Program-made: the position numbers and the translations under genes
In this document: positions 60,587 through 64,000 of the stretch, one piece after another
How positions within the stretch are numbered: position 1 is the stretch's first letter
Layout: the number at the start of each line of letters is the position of its first letter
Notes under the pieces: generated by a model
Databases searched by the model: none
What the model was told of the DNA's origin: nothing
Seen by the model: the letters and a program-made list of their open reading frames with translations, nothing else
From: Octopus vulgaris
Taxonomy: Eukaryota
DNA: 64,000 nt
Assembly: GCA_951406725.2 (NCBI GenBank)
Contig: OX597839.1
Coordinates: forward strand, 20,026,001-20,090,000
Direction of reading: 5' to 3'

Positions 60587-61526
60587 CATACATACATACA
60601 TACATACATACATACATACAGATAAACAGACAGACAGACAGACAAATAGATAGATATGATGAGCTTCCATGCAATTTCCTTCTGACCAATTCACCACCAA
60701 GCTGTGAAGGCGTTGCTTAGCCCGAGGCTTAATAAGCAGGCAGGAGCCCAAGGTGCCATGTTTATTTTACATTTCTCATTAAAATTATAATTTCGAGGAT
60801 TCAAAAAGAAAAAAAAAATTATTTACGGCTCAAAATTTCAAGTACGGTAGCCTGCACTTAACTATATATAATCTATGCAGAAGACATGCTTGAAAAAATA
60901 TTCCTAACGTCATTCGATGCGCGCGCTTGTATGAGAGTGAGTGAGTGAGTGAGAGAATGAGTGAGTGAGAGAGTGAGTGAGTGTAAGGGTGAGTGTGCGT
61001 TCATTGTCTCTGTGTCGACCAGCGAGTGAAGATAGGTCAAGCGTAGTATCTCAATATCATACAGCTGCACGTGAGAGTCTTCTGCGCCCTTCACGCCTCA
61101 CCTCCCGATCTCTCTACTACCCACCCATTTACATCGCTACCCTCATAATCTGCTCTGCCCTCTCTCGTCTTACTATTATCTATCAGGGATTTTAATTCTC
61201 CCGAGCCGCCTTCATCTATTCTATCTATCCATTTGTATATCTATTTATCCGTCCATATATTCATTTGTCTGTTTATATATTTATATACGCATCTACCTAT
61301 CTATTTCCCTCCCTTTCTCTCTCCCTTTCTCTCTCTCTCTCTCTCTCCCAGTATGTACATATCGCTGCTATTATGTTAAACTGTCGTATGTCCTAATTTG
61401 GCCAAATTTGTTGTTTGTTTTTTCAATATCTATTTTTGCTTGCAATAACTGGTTCTTTTGGTCAAACTATCGTTTTCTGAAAAAAGCAACGTTTCGGACT
61501 TACGACACTTCTGCATAATAGCAACG

Positions 61527-61662
<136 letters not shown>

Positions 61663-61855
61663 GAAAGTTGGTTTGTGAAAGCACGTGGTTGAATATATAG
61701 AAAATAGTAAAAAGTGAAAAATCTACAGAAGGCTTAAAGGTTAAAAAATATATATATTTGCGTCAATATATCTGAAGAATATTAAAAAATTTTTCTTACA
61801 ATGACATAGTTTAGAAGAAAGACCGGTTTCGCGTTTAGCTTTTCAAATTTCTTGC

Positions 61856-61915
<60 letters not shown>

Positions 61916-61919
<4 letters not shown>

Positions 61920-62090
61920 TAAATCTATAGAAAAACAAAAGACGAAGACAGGTGTATGAACAACAAGCAAGTGTATTAGTTTGACGCTCGGGAAAATGAG
62001 AAAGTCTTTTATGTTTCGAGCCTACGCTCCTCAACGGAAAGGAGTAAGAGAAAATAAACAGAGACAGAGAGAGAATGAAAAAGACTTTTA
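61916..62090 (-). mobile_element. (TA)n-adjacent element of the 9115 family with HHR-like motif 62006-62041
   Basis: cttt-CCGTTGA-g-gagc..gctc-GAAA-ca-TA-aaag. Confidence 0.55.
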
Positions 62091-62292
62091 AATTTCAGCG
62101 GTCCAGCATGCCTCACTGAACTTTCTACTCTTAGGACTTGCATTTCTGAACCACTTCCGGAGCTTTCAGCACCTCTCGTCATCCACATACCAGCATTCCA
62201 GCGGGATTACCACTGGGTCTAATGACTCTACTTTCCCGAATTACACTGGATTTTTTTCGGTGATGCATATGTATATATATATATATATATAT

Positions 62293-62546
62293 TTCTCTTT
62301 TACTTGTTTCAGTCAGTTGACTGTGGCCATGCTGGAGCACTGCCTTTAGTCGAGCAAATCGACCCCAGGACTTATTCTTTGTAAGCCTAGCACTTATTCT
62401 ATCGGTCTCTTTTTGCCGAACCGCTAAGTTACGGGGACGTAAACACACCAGCATCAGTTGTCAAGCGATGTTGGGGGTACAAACACATACACACATACAT
62501 ACACACATACATATACACACACATGTACATATATAGATATACGTGT

Positions 62547-62607
<61 letters not shown>

Positions 62608-63060
62608 GCATATTTGCCACACGACAATCACCGGTCTTCGAACAAGCAATAATAAAGCTCTGAATGAGGTATAAACAGTAGCTGCACAACAATATGAAGC
62701 ATATTTGCCATCTCAATATGGCTAACCCCTAAGAGTGGATGCTACTGTAGCTTGTAGCCCCAGGAGAACATCTTCTCCAGCTGGCTATTGACACACTTTC
62801 TGTGCCCTATCAGTATTTGCAAAGGGAAGCCATCCTTCCCATCGCCGACCTGACGTGATACGCACGGACCCAGGTTTCTGAGTATTTACCCGTCGTCAGC
62901 GCACGACAATCGCTGGTCTTACGACGTGCTTCTTTCAGTTTCCGTCTACCAAATCCACTCACAAGGCTATGGTCGGCCCGAGGCTATAGCAGAAGACACT
63001 TGCCCAAGTTGCCACGCAGTGGGACTGAACCCGGAACCATGTGGTTGGTAAACAAGCTAC
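62293..63060 (-). mobile_element. SINE family A with a ~320-bp foreign insertion (62605-62920) in its microsatellite
   Basis: Tail half at 62293-62490 and head half at 62921-63060. Confidence 0.8.
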
Positions 63061-63715
63061 TGTGGTATTTCTTACGTGATAGATAAATAAATAAATAAAT
63101 AATTGAATAAACAGATAGATAGATAAAGAATTAAATAGATAAATAAATAAATAGTCATGACAATCACTGCTGGATTGTTTGGGGATTTAAGAAGAAAAAC
63201 CCTCTACACAAACAGTAGAACAACGATGATAGGAACTACCATTGTTCATACTACGAACATAGCATCCGCTGGGGTGGGAGGAGAGGGAAACCTGCTAATC
63301 CTCACACAAACACCCATACACTCACATTCTCTCTCTGGACCACTACCAAACCGCCACCACAGCCACCATGAACAGGGACAATAATAGCAACAACTTCAAC
63401 ATCAATAACAACAAACCCCACAACAACAATATCCGATATGGTAATCCAACTCACCCACCATCTCTGACAACATTATTATTATTATTGTTGTTGTTGCGGT
63501 TTTCATTATCATCAGCATTATTCTCTTCCCCTTCTATTCGTTGTCGTCATCATCATCATCGTCGTCGTCGTCGTCATCATCATCATCAATAACTCCCCCC
63601 TCCACTTGTCTCCTACTTTTTGTATTGTCCTTTTTTCTCGTATGTTCGGCCCTTGTGGCCAAAAAGAAAAGGCTATTATTATTGTAATTGATATTATTAT
63701 TATTATTATTATCAT

Positions 63716-63759
<44 letters not shown>

Positions 63760-64000
63760 TCATCATCATCATCATCATCATCATCATCGTTATCGTTATT
63801 GTTATTATCGTCCTGTTTTTGTCCTTTATGCAGTTCTGTCATTTAATGTTATTTTATATGAGCCCTTGTGGCTAATAAAAGAATTTATTATTATTATTAT
63901 TATTACTGTTGTTGTTGTTTTTATGTTGTTTACTTTTGTCGTTTACCAGTTTGTATACCCATCATCTAACTTCACCTCCCCCCCTTTTTTCCTCCATTTC

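Overview
AT-rich, microsatellite-saturated, non-coding eukaryotic DNA. The SINE families and simple-repeat density strongly suggest an octopus (cephalopod) genome, though this is inferred and not database-checked. No intact protein-coding gene is supportable, and almost all supplied ORFs are microsatellite artefacts. Recognisable content includes dozens of tRNA-derived SINEs from at least four families (some tandem multimers inside single TSDs), an R4/Dong-type LINE endonuclease remnant, a CR1/L2 3' end, mariner/Tc1/pogo remnants, a non-autonomous Helitron, a ~265-bp tandem repeat and a ~0.75-kb tandem duplication. The main signal is a dense set of short elements sitting in or beside (TA)n tracts that carry minimal type I hammerhead ribozyme (HHR) motifs (CUGANGA-stem II-GAAA-palindromic stem III-UH). 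They often form head-to-head palindromes with a ribozyme on each strand, resembling Penelope-like (PLE) pseudo-LTR remnants. At least 7 families occur, most with a distinct stem-III palindrome, and several show non-canonical cores (G3:C8, U3:A8, A6U, an extra base after A9, long stem II inserts). Ribozyme activity is predicted from sequence only.
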